Source: an uncultured bacterium (GTDB lineage: Bacteria > Lernaellota > Lernaellaia > Lernaellales > Lernaellaceae). From it: a stretch of 10,701 bases of DNA. Positions 1 to 7,200 of the stretch are shown here, in pieces. The notes below the pieces were generated by a model, which saw nothing but the letters and a program-made list of their open reading frames with translations, was not told where the DNA came from and made no database searches. Made by a program: the position numbers and the translations under genes. Position 1 is the first letter of the stretch, and the number at the start of each line of letters is the position of its first letter. The stretch covers positions 1-10,701 of the forward strand of contig CAZHPN010000195.1 in the NCBI GenBank assembly GCA_964534375.1, read 5' to 3'.

Positions 1-1
1 A

Positions 2-1102
2 TTGGTCATTCGTTTCCAGCAGGCGACGCCGCCGGTCGCCGCCAAGGGCCTCGAAGACACCGCATTCTATGACTACAACCGCTTCGTCGGGCTCAACGAG
101 GTGGGCGGCGAGCCCGCGATTTTCGGCGTCGCGGCGGAGGAATTTCACGAAGCGATGCGCGAGCGGCAGCGGCTCTGGCCCGCCTCGATGTCGGCCACCT
201 CGACGCACGACACCAAGCGCAGCGAGGACGTGCGGGCGCGGCTGGCCGTGCTTTCGGAAATTCCCGGCCGGTTCGCGGGCGCCGTGCGCAAGTGGGCGAA
301 ACACAACAACGCCTATCGGACCGGCGACGACCCGGATCGCAATGCCGAGTATTTCCTTTACCAAACGCTCATCGGCGCCTGGCCGATTTCGCTCGAACGG
401 GTCGCCGCGTACATGTTGAAGGCAGCGCGCGAGGCCAAGACGCACACGTCGTGGCTGGCGCCCGACGGCGCCTATGAGGAGGGCCTGCGGCTGTTTGTCG
501 AGCGCGCGCTGCAGGACCCGTGGTTCGTCGCGGAACTGGAAAACCTGCTCGCGATCGTGATTCCGCCCGGCCGGGTCAACTCGCTGGCGCAAACGCTCAT
601 CAAGCTCACGGCCCCCGGCGTGCCGGACATCTACCAGGGCAATGAGCTCTGGGACCTGAGCCTGGTGGACCCGGACAACCGGCGGCCCGTGGACTACGAA
701 CAGCGGCGGCGCCTGCTCGCCGAATTGTCCGACGCCGCGCCCGAGGCGGTCATGGCGCGGATGGACGAAGGCCTGCCGAAGCTGTGGGTTTGCCGCCAGG
801 CGCTCGCCCTGCGGCGCCGGCGCCCGGAGTGGTTCGGCGCGGCGGGCGGTTATGCCGCGCTGGCGGCGACGGGCAAGAAGCGCGAACACGTGCTGGCGTT
901 CGCGCGCGCGAATTCCGTGGCGACAATCGTGCCGTTGCGCCCGTTGTCGCTGGCGGGGAAATGGGGCGACGCCGCGGTCGAGATCCCCGCCGGCCGGTGG
1001 CGAAATCTGCTGACGCTGGAAGACCTGTCGGGCGGGCGCGTGTTGCTGCGCGACATGCTGCGGCGGTTCCCGGTGGCGCTGCTGGCCCGAGACATGGAAT
1101 AA
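2..1102 (+). CDS. treY: Malto-oligosyltrehalose synthase (GH13), C-terminal part; 5' end lies outside the window
   Basis: Open from the window edge to TAA at 1100-1102. Contains TreY-typical motifs RFQQ..P..AKGLEDTAFY, LNEVGGEP, ATSTHDTKRSEDVRARL, KAAREAK.HTSW, PGVPDIYQGNELWDLSLVDPDNRRPVDY and terminal FPVALL. Lies directly upstream of treZ. Confidence 0.96.
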   Translation: MVIRFQQATPPVAAKGLEDTAFYDYNRFVGLNEVGGEPAIFGVAAEEFHEAMRERQRLWPASMSATSTHDTKRSEDVRARLAVLSEIPGRFAGAVRKWAKHNNAYRTGDDPDRNAEYFLYQTLIGAWPISLERVAAYMLKAAREAKTHTSWLAPDGAYEEGLRLFVERALQDPWFVAELENLLAIVIPPGRVNSLAQTLIKLTAPGVPDIYQGNELWDLSLVDPDNRRPVDYEQRRRLLAELSDAAPEAVMARMDEGLPKLWVCRQALALRRRRPEWFGAAGGYAALAATGKKREHVLAFARANSVATIVPLRPLSLAGKWGDAAVEIPAGRWRNLLTLEDLSGGRVLLRDMLRRFPVALLARDME

Positions 1103-1107
1103 GGTGA
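1101..1107 (+). promoter_or_regulatory. Shine-Dalgarno-like site for treZ overlapping the treY stop codon
   Basis: TAAGGTGA at 1100-1107 includes the treY TAA and precedes the ATG at 1112, consistent with an operon and translational coupling. Confidence 0.7.
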
Positions 1108-1111
1108 ACGC

Positions 1112-2848
1112 ATGGGCCTGATCGAGGTCTGGGCGCCGAACGCCGCCCGGGTGGACGTGGAAATCGGCGGCGCGCGCCGGCGCCTGGAAAAACGGCCGGC
1201 GGGCTGGTGGCGCAGCGAGACGAATCTGGCGCGGCACGGCGTCGATTATGCGTTTTTCCTCGACGGCGACGGGCCGCTGCCGGACCCGCGATCGGCGTGG
1301 CAACCCTTCGGCATCGACCCGCCGTCGCGGCTTCTCGACCACGCGCTGTTTCCCTGGACGGACCGCGGCTGGCAGCCCGGCCCCCTTTCTGCCGCGATCG
1401 TTTACGAACTGCACGTGGGAACTTTCAGCGCCGAGGGCACGTGCGACGGCGTGCAAAAAAAGCTCGACCACCTGCTGTCGCTGGGAGTGACGCACGTCGA
1501 ACTCATGCCGGTGAGCACCTTCTCCGGACGGCGCGGCTGGGGTTACGACGGCGTGGATTTGTACGCGCCGCACGAGGCGTACGGCGGTCCCGACGGCCTC
1601 AAACGACTCGTCGACGCCTGCCACGCACGCGGCCTGGCCGTCATTCTGGATGTCGTTTACAACCACCTCGGCCCGGTCGGAAATTACCTGGCGCGCTTCG
1701 GCCCCTATTTCACCAAACGGTACGCCTCGCCGTGGGGCGAGGCGGTCAACTTCGACGGGCCGGGCAGCGACGAAGTCCGCCGTTTCGTGATCGACAACGC
1801 GCGCCTGTGGCTGGCCGATTATCACATCGACGCCTTGCGGCTGGACGCGGTCCACGCCATCTTCGACGCCTCGGCCTTGCACATTTTGGAAGAACTCGCC
1901 CAGGAAACCGAGGCGTTGTCCGCACGGCTCGGCCGCCGCAAATATCTTATCGCAGAAAGCGACCTGAACGACCCGCGCCTGGTGCGCCGGCGGGAGGTCG
2001 GCGGCTACGGCATCGATGCGCAATGGAGCGACGATTTCCACCACGCCCTGCACGCCTTCCTCACCGGCGAACGCGCCGGGTATTATCGAGATTTCGGCTC
2101 GCTCGCCGATCTTTCGCACGCTTTGCAGCACGCGTTCGTCTACGAGGGGCAGTTTTCGCCCCATCGCGGCCGGCGGCACGGCCGGAGCACGGCGGGCCTG
2201 CCGGGCCGCCGCTTCCTGGGCTTCCTGCAGAACCACGACCAGGTCGGCAACCGCGCCCGGGGCGAGCGCTCCAGCCAGCTTCTGAGCGACGGCAAACTGC
2301 GGATCGGCGCGGCGCTGGTCCTCACGGCGCCGTTCATGCCGCTGCTTTTTATGGGGGAGGAATGGGGCGCCTCCACGCCGTTCCGATATTTCACCGATCA
2401 CCAGGATCCCGCGCTTGGCGACGCCGTGCGCGAAGGCCGGCGGCGCGAGTTTGCGGCTTTCGGTTGGCGCGCGGAGGACATCCCCGACCCGCAGGCTGTC
2501 GAAACGTTCGAGCGCTCGCGCCTGAACTGGTCCGAGTTGGCCGAGCAGCCGCACGCCGCGCTGCTCGATTGGACCCGGCGGCTCATCCGCCTGCGCAAAG
2601 AAGAACCGGCGCTCGCCGACGGTCGACTGGACCGCGTCCACGTCGCCTGGAGCGAGACGAACGGCTGGCTGGTGTTGACCCGCGGACCGATCGAGGTTGT
2701 TTGCAACTTCCGGGCGGACGCGCAACGCGTGCCGCTGCCGGCAAATGGGCAGCGGATCTCGTTGTTGGCGTCCGCGGCAGACGCGGAAATCGACGAGTCC
2801 GCGATCCGGCTGCCGGGAGAATCCGTCGCCGTCGTTCGAGGGCTGTGA
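1112..2848 (+). CDS. treZ: Malto-oligosyltrehalose trehalohydrolase (GH13 with N-terminal CBM48-like domain), 578 aa
   Basis: N-terminal VWAP.A and PDPRS.WQP.G, then YELHVGTF, WGYDGV, LDVVYNH, LRLDAVHAI (nucleophile Asp codon at 1844), LIAESDLND, QWSDDFHH, QNHDQVGNR and PLLFMGEEWGA. Adjacent to treY. Confidence 0.96.
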   Translation: MGLIEVWAPNAARVDVEIGGARRRLEKRPAGWWRSETNLARHGVDYAFFLDGDGPLPDPRSAWQPFGIDPPSRLLDHALFPWTDRGWQPGPLSAAIVYELHVGTFSAEGTCDGVQKKLDHLLSLGVTHVELMPVSTFSGRRGWGYDGVDLYAPHEAYGGPDGLKRLVDACHARGLAVILDVVYNHLGPVGNYLARFGPYFTKRYASPWGEAVNFDGPGSDEVRRFVIDNARLWLADYHIDALRLDAVHAIFDASALHILEELAQETEALSARLGRRKYLIAESDLNDPRLVRRREVGGYGIDAQWSDDFHHALHAFLTGERAGYYRDFGSLADLSHALQHAFVYEGQFSPHRGRRHGRSTAGLPGRRFLGFLQNHDQVGNRARGERSSQLLSDGKLRIGAALVLTAPFMPLLFMGEEWGASTPFRYFTDHQDPALGDAVREGRRREFAAFGWRAEDIPDPQAVETFERSRLNWSELAEQPHAALLDWTRRLIRLRKEEPALADGRLDRVHVAWSETNGWLVLTRGPIEVVCNFRADAQRVPLPANGQRISLLASAADAEIDESAIRLPGESVAVVRGL

Positions 2849-2864
2849 CGGCGGGTCGGCCGGA

Positions 2865-2925
2865 TTGACTCAGACGCGGTCGGCCCTATTGTTACTTTGT
2901 TGTCTGCGTTCATGCCAAACAGGAG
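2865..2925 (+). promoter_or_regulatory. Putative sigma70-type promoter and RBS for the GT2-methyltransferase gene
   Basis: TTGACT (2865-2870), 16-bp spacer, TATTGT (2887-2892) in an AT-rich patch. AGGAG at 2921-2925 lies 6 nt before the TTG at 2932. Confidence 0.6.
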
Positions 2926-2931
2926 CGTCTC

Positions 2932-4200
2932 TTGACCGACTTGAGCGTCATTATCCTCGCGCCGAACCGTCAGGATCCGGTCGCGACGGTCATTCGCGAA
3001 ACAAAGGAAGTGTGCGCCGATCTGAAGGCGTCGTTCGAGATCATCGTCGCCGACAGCGGCTCGGGCGACGCAACCGCCGAGTGGGCCGCGGCCGGGGCGA
3101 CCGTGGTCAACGCGCCGGGCCCGGGATACGGCGCGGCGTTGCGCGCCGGGCTGGCGCAGGCGGCGGGCGAGTGGATCCTGACCATGGACGCCGACCTGTC
3201 GCATTCGCCGCGTTTCATCGAGCGCCTCTGGGCCAAACGGGAAGCGTTCGATTTGCTGATCGCCAGCCGCTACGTGCGGGGCAGCTACGCCCGCATGCCG
3301 TGGCTGCGCAGCGTCTGCTCGCGCATGCTCAACGGATTTTTCCGGCGCTTGCTGGCCCTGCCGGTCCATGACGTTTCCTCCGGCTTTCGGCTGCACCGCG
3401 CCAAGACCCTGGCCCAGATTCAAGTGACCGGGGCCGGGTTCGAGGTTTTGGAGCAGGTCCTCGTGGGGATGTACAACCGCGGCAGCCTGGTCGCGGAGGC
3501 GCCGTTCTACTATCGCCCGCGCCAACGGCGCGTCACGCTCGGGCGCTTTTGGCGGCTGGCGCTCGATTACGCGCGCACGGCGTGGCAGCTTTGGAAAACG
3601 CGCAATTCGATCGAGGCGGCCGACTACGATTTCCGGGGCTTTTACAGCCGGCATCCGTTTCAACGATATTGGCAGCGGCGGCGCTATCGGATCGTCACCG
3701 ACTTCATCGACCGGCACGGGCCCATTCTCGACGTCGGCTGCGGCTCCGGCGTTTTCTCCGCGCACTATCCGCGCGTGACGGGGATCGACGCCAACGCCGA
3801 CAAGATTCGCTTCCTATCCCAATTCAACCCCGACGTCCGGGTCGCGAGCGCCCTGGAACTGCCCTTCGCCGACGGCTCGTTTACGACGGTCGTCTGCTCG
3901 CAGGTGATCGAGCACCTGCTCAGCGATCGCGTGCTGCCGGAATGCGCGCGCGTGCTCGCCCCGGGCGGCGAGATGATCGTCGGCACCGTCGACTACGGCT
4001 CCTGGCAATGGCCGACCATCGAGGCGCTCTATCGCATTTTCCAACCCGCCGGCTATGCCGACGAACACGTCAATCGCTACACGCGGCCGCGGCTGCGCGA
4101 CGAATTGCGCGCCCTCGGCCTCGAACTCGTCGGCGCAGCCGATATCCTGCGCGCCGAGTTCGTCATCAAGGCGGTCAAGCCGAAGGCGGAGCGCGGCTGA
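2932..4200 (+). CDS. Two-domain protein: GT2 polyprenol-phosphate glycosyltransferase (DPM1/Ppm1-like) fused to a class I SAM-dependent methyltransferase, 422 aa
   Basis: GT-A motifs LSVII, EIIVADSGSGD, GYGAALRAG, MDADLSH (DxD at 3187-3195), ASRYVRG, DVSSGFRL and R..R near the domain end. C-terminal ILDVGCGSG (3724-3750), VTGID, LPFADGSF..VVCSQVIEHL and RVLAPGG. TTG start with a good RBS. Confidence 0.9.
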   Translation: MTDLSVIILAPNRQDPVATVIRETKEVCADLKASFEIIVADSGSGDATAEWAAAGATVVNAPGPGYGAALRAGLAQAAGEWILTMDADLSHSPRFIERLWAKREAFDLLIASRYVRGSYARMPWLRSVCSRMLNGFFRRLLALPVHDVSSGFRLHRAKTLAQIQVTGAGFEVLEQVLVGMYNRGSLVAEAPFYYRPRQRRVTLGRFWRLALDYARTAWQLWKTRNSIEAADYDFRGFYSRHPFQRYWQRRRYRIVTDFIDRHGPILDVGCGSGVFSAHYPRVTGIDANADKIRFLSQFNPDVRVASALELPFADGSFTTVVCSQVIEHLLSDRVLPECARVLAPGGEMIVGTVDYGSWQWPTIEALYRIFQPAGYADEHVNRYTRPRLRDELRALGLELVGAADILRAEFVIKAVKPKAERG

Positions 4201-4255
4201 CGGCGTCGCCACGTGGCGCGGATAGCGCAACGAACGGGATTCGGGATTTTCCGGA

Positions 4256-4345
4256 CCTCACACGGAGCCACGGAGGCGCCGCAGAGGAGGAGCCGAGGAA
4301 AAACGCTGTGCGGATCTCCGTGGCTCTGCGCGTCTCCGCGTGAGG
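4256..4345. repeat. REP-like imperfect inverted repeat, copy 1 (copy 2 at 4399-4488)
   Basis: CCTCACACGGAG (4256-4267) pairs with CTCCGCGTGAGG (4334-4345) with one mismatch. GAGCCACGGAG (4265-4275) is the exact reverse complement of CTCCGTGGCTC (4316-4326). Confidence 0.85.
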
Positions 4346-4352
4346 ACTGAAA

Positions 4353-4373
4353 TTCCGCATTCCGCATTCCGCA
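4353..4373 (+). repeat. Heptamer tandem repeat (TTCCGCA)x3; the equivalent tract at 4496-4523 has 4 copies, three of them degenerate
   Basis: TTCCGCA TTCCGCA TTCCGCA at 4353-4373; CTCCGCA TTCCGCA TTCGGCA CTCCGCA at 4496-4523. Confidence 0.9.
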
Positions 4374-4555
4374 TTGATGGGATTCGGGATTTTCCGGACC
4401 TCACACGGAGCGACGGAGGCGCCGCAGAGGAGGAGCCGGGGAAAAACTCTGTGCGGATCTCCGTGGCTCTGCGCGTCTCCGCGTGAGGACCGAAACTCCG
4501 CATTCCGCATTCGGCACTCCGCATTGATGGGATTCGGGATGGCTGCATCGTCGTT

Positions 4556-4576
4556 TCCCAATCCCCAGTCCCCATG
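4556..4576 (+). repeat. STRR1-like heptamer tract (TCCCAAT CCCCAGT CCCCATG)
   Basis: Three degenerate heptamers resembling the cyanobacterial STRR1 consensus CCCCA(A/G)T. Loosely complementary to the upstream TGGGATTCGGGA. Confidence 0.65.
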
Positions 4577-4596
4577 AGCGGCCACCCGCGCACGCC

Positions 4597-4626
4597 GTGA
4601 CAAACCCCTGCAATTGCGCTAATAAT
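4597..4626 (+). promoter_or_regulatory. Putative promoter for the first YfhO-like gene
   Basis: GTGACA (4597-4602) followed by TAATAA at 17 bp (4620-4625) or AATAAT at 18 bp (4621-4626). AT-rich patch; GGAG at 4652-4655 upstream of ATG 4669. Confidence 0.45.
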
Positions 4627-4668
4627 CGCGAACTTTATGAGTCGGAAAACCGGAGCAACCGCATCAAA

Positions 4669-7146
4669 ATGGACAACCGCCGTCTCGAAACGCTGCTGCG
4701 GCAGGGGCCGATTTTCCTGCTCCTCGCCGCGGTGGCCGTCTTTTTCTGGAAGGTGTTCACCTTCGCCGGCGTGCTGTTCCATTTCGATCTGAGCGCGTTC
4801 AACGGGCCCATCCGCAACTTCTTTTTCAAGAACATCGTGCAGGGCCGCTTTCCCTTGTGGTCGCCGGAACTCTGCGGCGGTTTCCCGCTGTTCGACGAGG
4901 GGCAGATGGGGCCGCTCTATCCCGTCAACTATCTGCTGTACACGTGGTTGCCCGCGTGGTACGGCCTCAACGTCTCGGCGCTGCTGCACGCGTTCGGCGG
5001 CGCCGCGGGCGTCTACTTTTACTTGAAACGCTCGCACTCGGGCGCGGCGGCGGCGTTGGGCGGCATGCTTTACGTGCTCGGCTCGCCGCTGGTCTATCAC
5101 CTGATCCATTTGATGTTTTTCGAGACGTTCTGCCTGCTTCCCTGGATGTTCTTCTTCTTCGACCGTTTCCTCGAAAAAGGCCGGATTTCCGACGTCCTCG
5201 GTTCGGCGCTCGTGCTCGCGCTGATGTTCACGACCGGCCACCAACAAGGTCCGACCCTCGGCTGCATCGCGTTCGGCGTCTACGCCTTGACCCTGGCCGC
5301 CGAAAGTTGGGCCTCCGGGCGACGGCGGATCGCCGGCGAAATCACGCTGGCCGGCCTGGCGATCGGCGTGCTCGCCGCCCTCTCGGTTTGCGTGATCGTG
5401 CTGGGCATCAAGCGCCTGCTGCCGGAGTCGATCCGCCACGACGCGATGAAGGAATCGTTTATTTACTATCTGTCGCTCGTACCGGACGGCCTGACGCGGC
5501 TGGCCAGCCCCGCGCAACAAGGCCACCGCGGCGACCTCACCTCATGCCTGCCGGGCGTGCCGGAAAAGGAAGTGGCAGTCTATCTGGGCCTGGCCGTCTG
5601 GTGTTTCGCGCCGCTGGTTTTCGCCGGCCCGCTCAGCCGGCGCGAACGCGGGCATTTGGCGGTCGTGGCCTTCGGCCTGCTCTTCATTCTCGGCAAGGCG
5701 GGGCCGTTCACGGGGCTGATCGACCACATCCCGATGCTGAACCGCATGCGCGTGCCCACCCGCTTCACCATGCCGATGTCGCTCTCGTTTGCGTTTCTGG
5801 CGGCGTCCGGTTTCGATCGCCTGCGCCGCGACGATCTCGGCCGCCGCAAGGTCATCCTCCTGCTGCTCGGCGGCGCCCTCGCCTGGTGGCTGGTCGCCTG
5901 GGGCGGCGCGTTCGCGGCCTTCGGCAAAACCGCTTTCGCCGCCTCCACGCCCGCGACCGTGCGGCATCCGCACAACACCGTGGAAATCGCGCGCGGCGCC
6001 CTGCGCAGCGACCTGTTCGTGCGGACCGCCCTCGCCGCCGCCCTGGTCGCCGCCGCGCTGCTGCTGCGTTGGACTCGCGGCAAGAATCCGCTCGGGCGTT
6101 GGGCGTTGACGCTCGCCGTCGGCATGGTCGTCTGGGCCGACCTGGCCACCGCCGGCCGGCAGGAAAATCCGGTAGCCAAGCCCGCGCTGTACCGGCCGGA
6201 AGCAACACTCGACTTTCTCGAGCCGCGGCTCGACGGCCACCGGATTTATACGGCCGAGGATATGATCAACTGCGCGCGCGCCGGCTGGTTCGGCGGCACG
6301 GATTCCTTCTACGACGCCACCGAGGGGCTGCCGTGCGCGACGCCGGCCCTGTTCGGCATTCGCACGATGTCCTGCGACTCGCCGCTGATGCTGATGCGGC
6401 ATAATCGCGCTTTCGCCAAGCCGAACGTGAATTGGCTGCGGCAGACCTCGGTCAAATACGTGCTGAAGCGCGCCGACAAGGCGTACGATCTGCCCAAGGC
6501 CACCACCGCGGACCAGGTGCGGATTTTCGAAGTCCCCGACCCGCCGCCGATGTACGGTCTCGCCACGCGAGTGACCCTGGCCGCAACCGGCGACGCCGCC
6601 TTCGACGCCGTGAAGGCGCTCGGCGACGACGTGACGACGGCCGTGGTCGAGAGCGCCGACGAATCGCTGCTGGCGGCGCATGGCGGCGGATCGGTGCAGG
6701 TGCTCAGTGAAGAACCCGATGTGCGCCGGCTGCGCGTGCACGCCGACGGGCCGGCGCTGCTCGTGGTGCGCGAGAACTACTATCCCGGTTGGCGCGCGGC
6801 CGTCGACGGCCGGCGCGCGCCGCTTTATCGCACGAATTATCTCTTTTCCGGCGTGCCGCTGCCGGCGGGCGATCACGATGTGACCTTGACCTACCGGCCG
6901 GCTGGCTTCCGGGCGGCGATGGTTGTCAGTCTGTGCACGTTTTTCACCACGCTCTGGTTGGCGCTTTTCTACCGGCCTTTGCGGCGGCCGCGGCCGGCCT
7001 TCCTCGATGCGCCGGCCGCCGAGCGGATCGCCCGGCTGACGCTGTACGCGATCCTCGCGTTTTTCCTGGCGTTGCTGCTCGTCGCCATCATTCGCCATCC
7101 CGTGTTGTGGGATTTCTCTCACGTGCGAAGTCCCCGCTGGTGGTGA
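4669..7146 (+). CDS. YfhO-family (GT-C-like) multi-pass membrane glycosyltransferase, paralogue 1, ~825 aa
   Basis: First TM helix followed by a loop with an Asp (FHFD, codon 4786), then G.FPLWSP...GG.P, GPLYP.N, many hydrophobic segments, R.P.RF, and a soluble domain ending LLVVRENYYPGWRAAVDGRRAPLYRTNYLFSGVPLPAGDHDVTLTYRP plus TM, typical of YfhO C-termini. Start moved from 4597 to ATG 4669 because similarity to paralogue 2 begins there (MDNRRLETLLRQGP vs MTDKRRFDALVRQGP). Confidence 0.88.
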   Translation: MDNRRLETLLRQGPIFLLLAAVAVFFWKVFTFAGVLFHFDLSAFNGPIRNFFFKNIVQGRFPLWSPELCGGFPLFDEGQMGPLYPVNYLLYTWLPAWYGLNVSALLHAFGGAAGVYFYLKRSHSGAAAALGGMLYVLGSPLVYHLIHLMFFETFCLLPWMFFFFDRFLEKGRISDVLGSALVLALMFTTGHQQGPTLGCIAFGVYALTLAAESWASGRRRIAGEITLAGLAIGVLAALSVCVIVLGIKRLLPESIRHDAMKESFIYYLSLVPDGLTRLASPAQQGHRGDLTSCLPGVPEKEVAVYLGLAVWCFAPLVFAGPLSRRERGHLAVVAFGLLFILGKAGPFTGLIDHIPMLNRMRVPTRFTMPMSLSFAFLAASGFDRLRRDDLGRRKVILLLLGGALAWWLVAWGGAFAAFGKTAFAASTPATVRHPHNTVEIARGALRSDLFVRTALAAALVAAALLLRWTRGKNPLGRWALTLAVGMVVWADLATAGRQENPVAKPALYRPEATLDFLEPRLDGHRIYTAEDMINCARAGWFGGTDSFYDATEGLPCATPALFGIRTMSCDSPLMLMRHNRAFAKPNVNWLRQTSVKYVLKRADKAYDLPKATTADQVRIFEVPDPPPMYGLATRVTLAATGDAAFDAVKALGDDVTTAVVESADESLLAAHGGGSVQVLSEEPDVRRLRVHADGPALLVVRENYYPGWRAAVDGRRAPLYRTNYLFSGVPLPAGDHDVTLTYRPAGFRAAMVVSLCTFFTTLWLALFYRPLRRPRPAFLDAPAAERIARLTLYAILAFFLALLLVAIIRHPVLWDFSHVRSPRWW

Positions 7147-7200
7147 CCGTTCCCGCAGCAGCCAGCCTTGCATTCGCCGCGGAATGACGGTAGCGAACGA

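Larger units (their letters stand above)
4236..4540. repeat. Tandem direct repeat: two units (4236-4378, 143 bp; 4379-4528, 150 bp) plus a third copy of the 12-bp GGGATTCGGGAT head (4529-4540)
   Basis: Units align with 5 substitutions up to the start of the heptamer tract (4269/4412, 4296/4439, 4305/4448, 4348/4491, 4353/4496). Unit 2 carries one extra heptamer. Each unit has an internal inverted repeat CCTCACACGGAG...CTCCGCGTGAGG. Confidence 0.95.

Noticed and set aside
1207..2868. Long alternative-frame ORFs (1207-2868, 2398-3765, 4857-6404, 7395-9695, 9953-10633)
   Set aside because: Mostly Arg/Ala/Pro/Gly-rich translations overlapping well-supported genes, as expected from stop-codon scarcity at high GC.
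2..4200. Functional link between treYZ and the glycosylation genes (e.g. a trehalose glycolipid pathway)
   Set aside because: Adjacency only. treYZ normally belongs to glycogen/trehalose clusters, and the GT2 gene appears to have its own promoter.
4207..4218. Perfect 12-bp palindrome CGCCACGTGGCG after the GT2 stop
   Set aside because: No loop or U-tract, a single occurrence, and plausible by chance at this GC content.
4236..4540. CRISPR array interpretation of the repeat
   Set aside because: The sequences between the 12-bp heads are near-identical rather than unique spacers, the sizes are wrong, and no cas genes are present.
4077..4613. Short ORFs over the repeat region (4077-4367, 4175-4603, 4374-4577, 4401-4613)
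   Set aside because: They are translations of heptamer and inverted repeats (e.g. NAECGMRN) with no independent coding evidence.
4597..4668. N-terminal extensions of the YfhO ORFs (starts at 4597 and 7168)
   Set aside because: Not shared between the paralogues, and both upstream start triplets coincide with candidate -35 hexamers.
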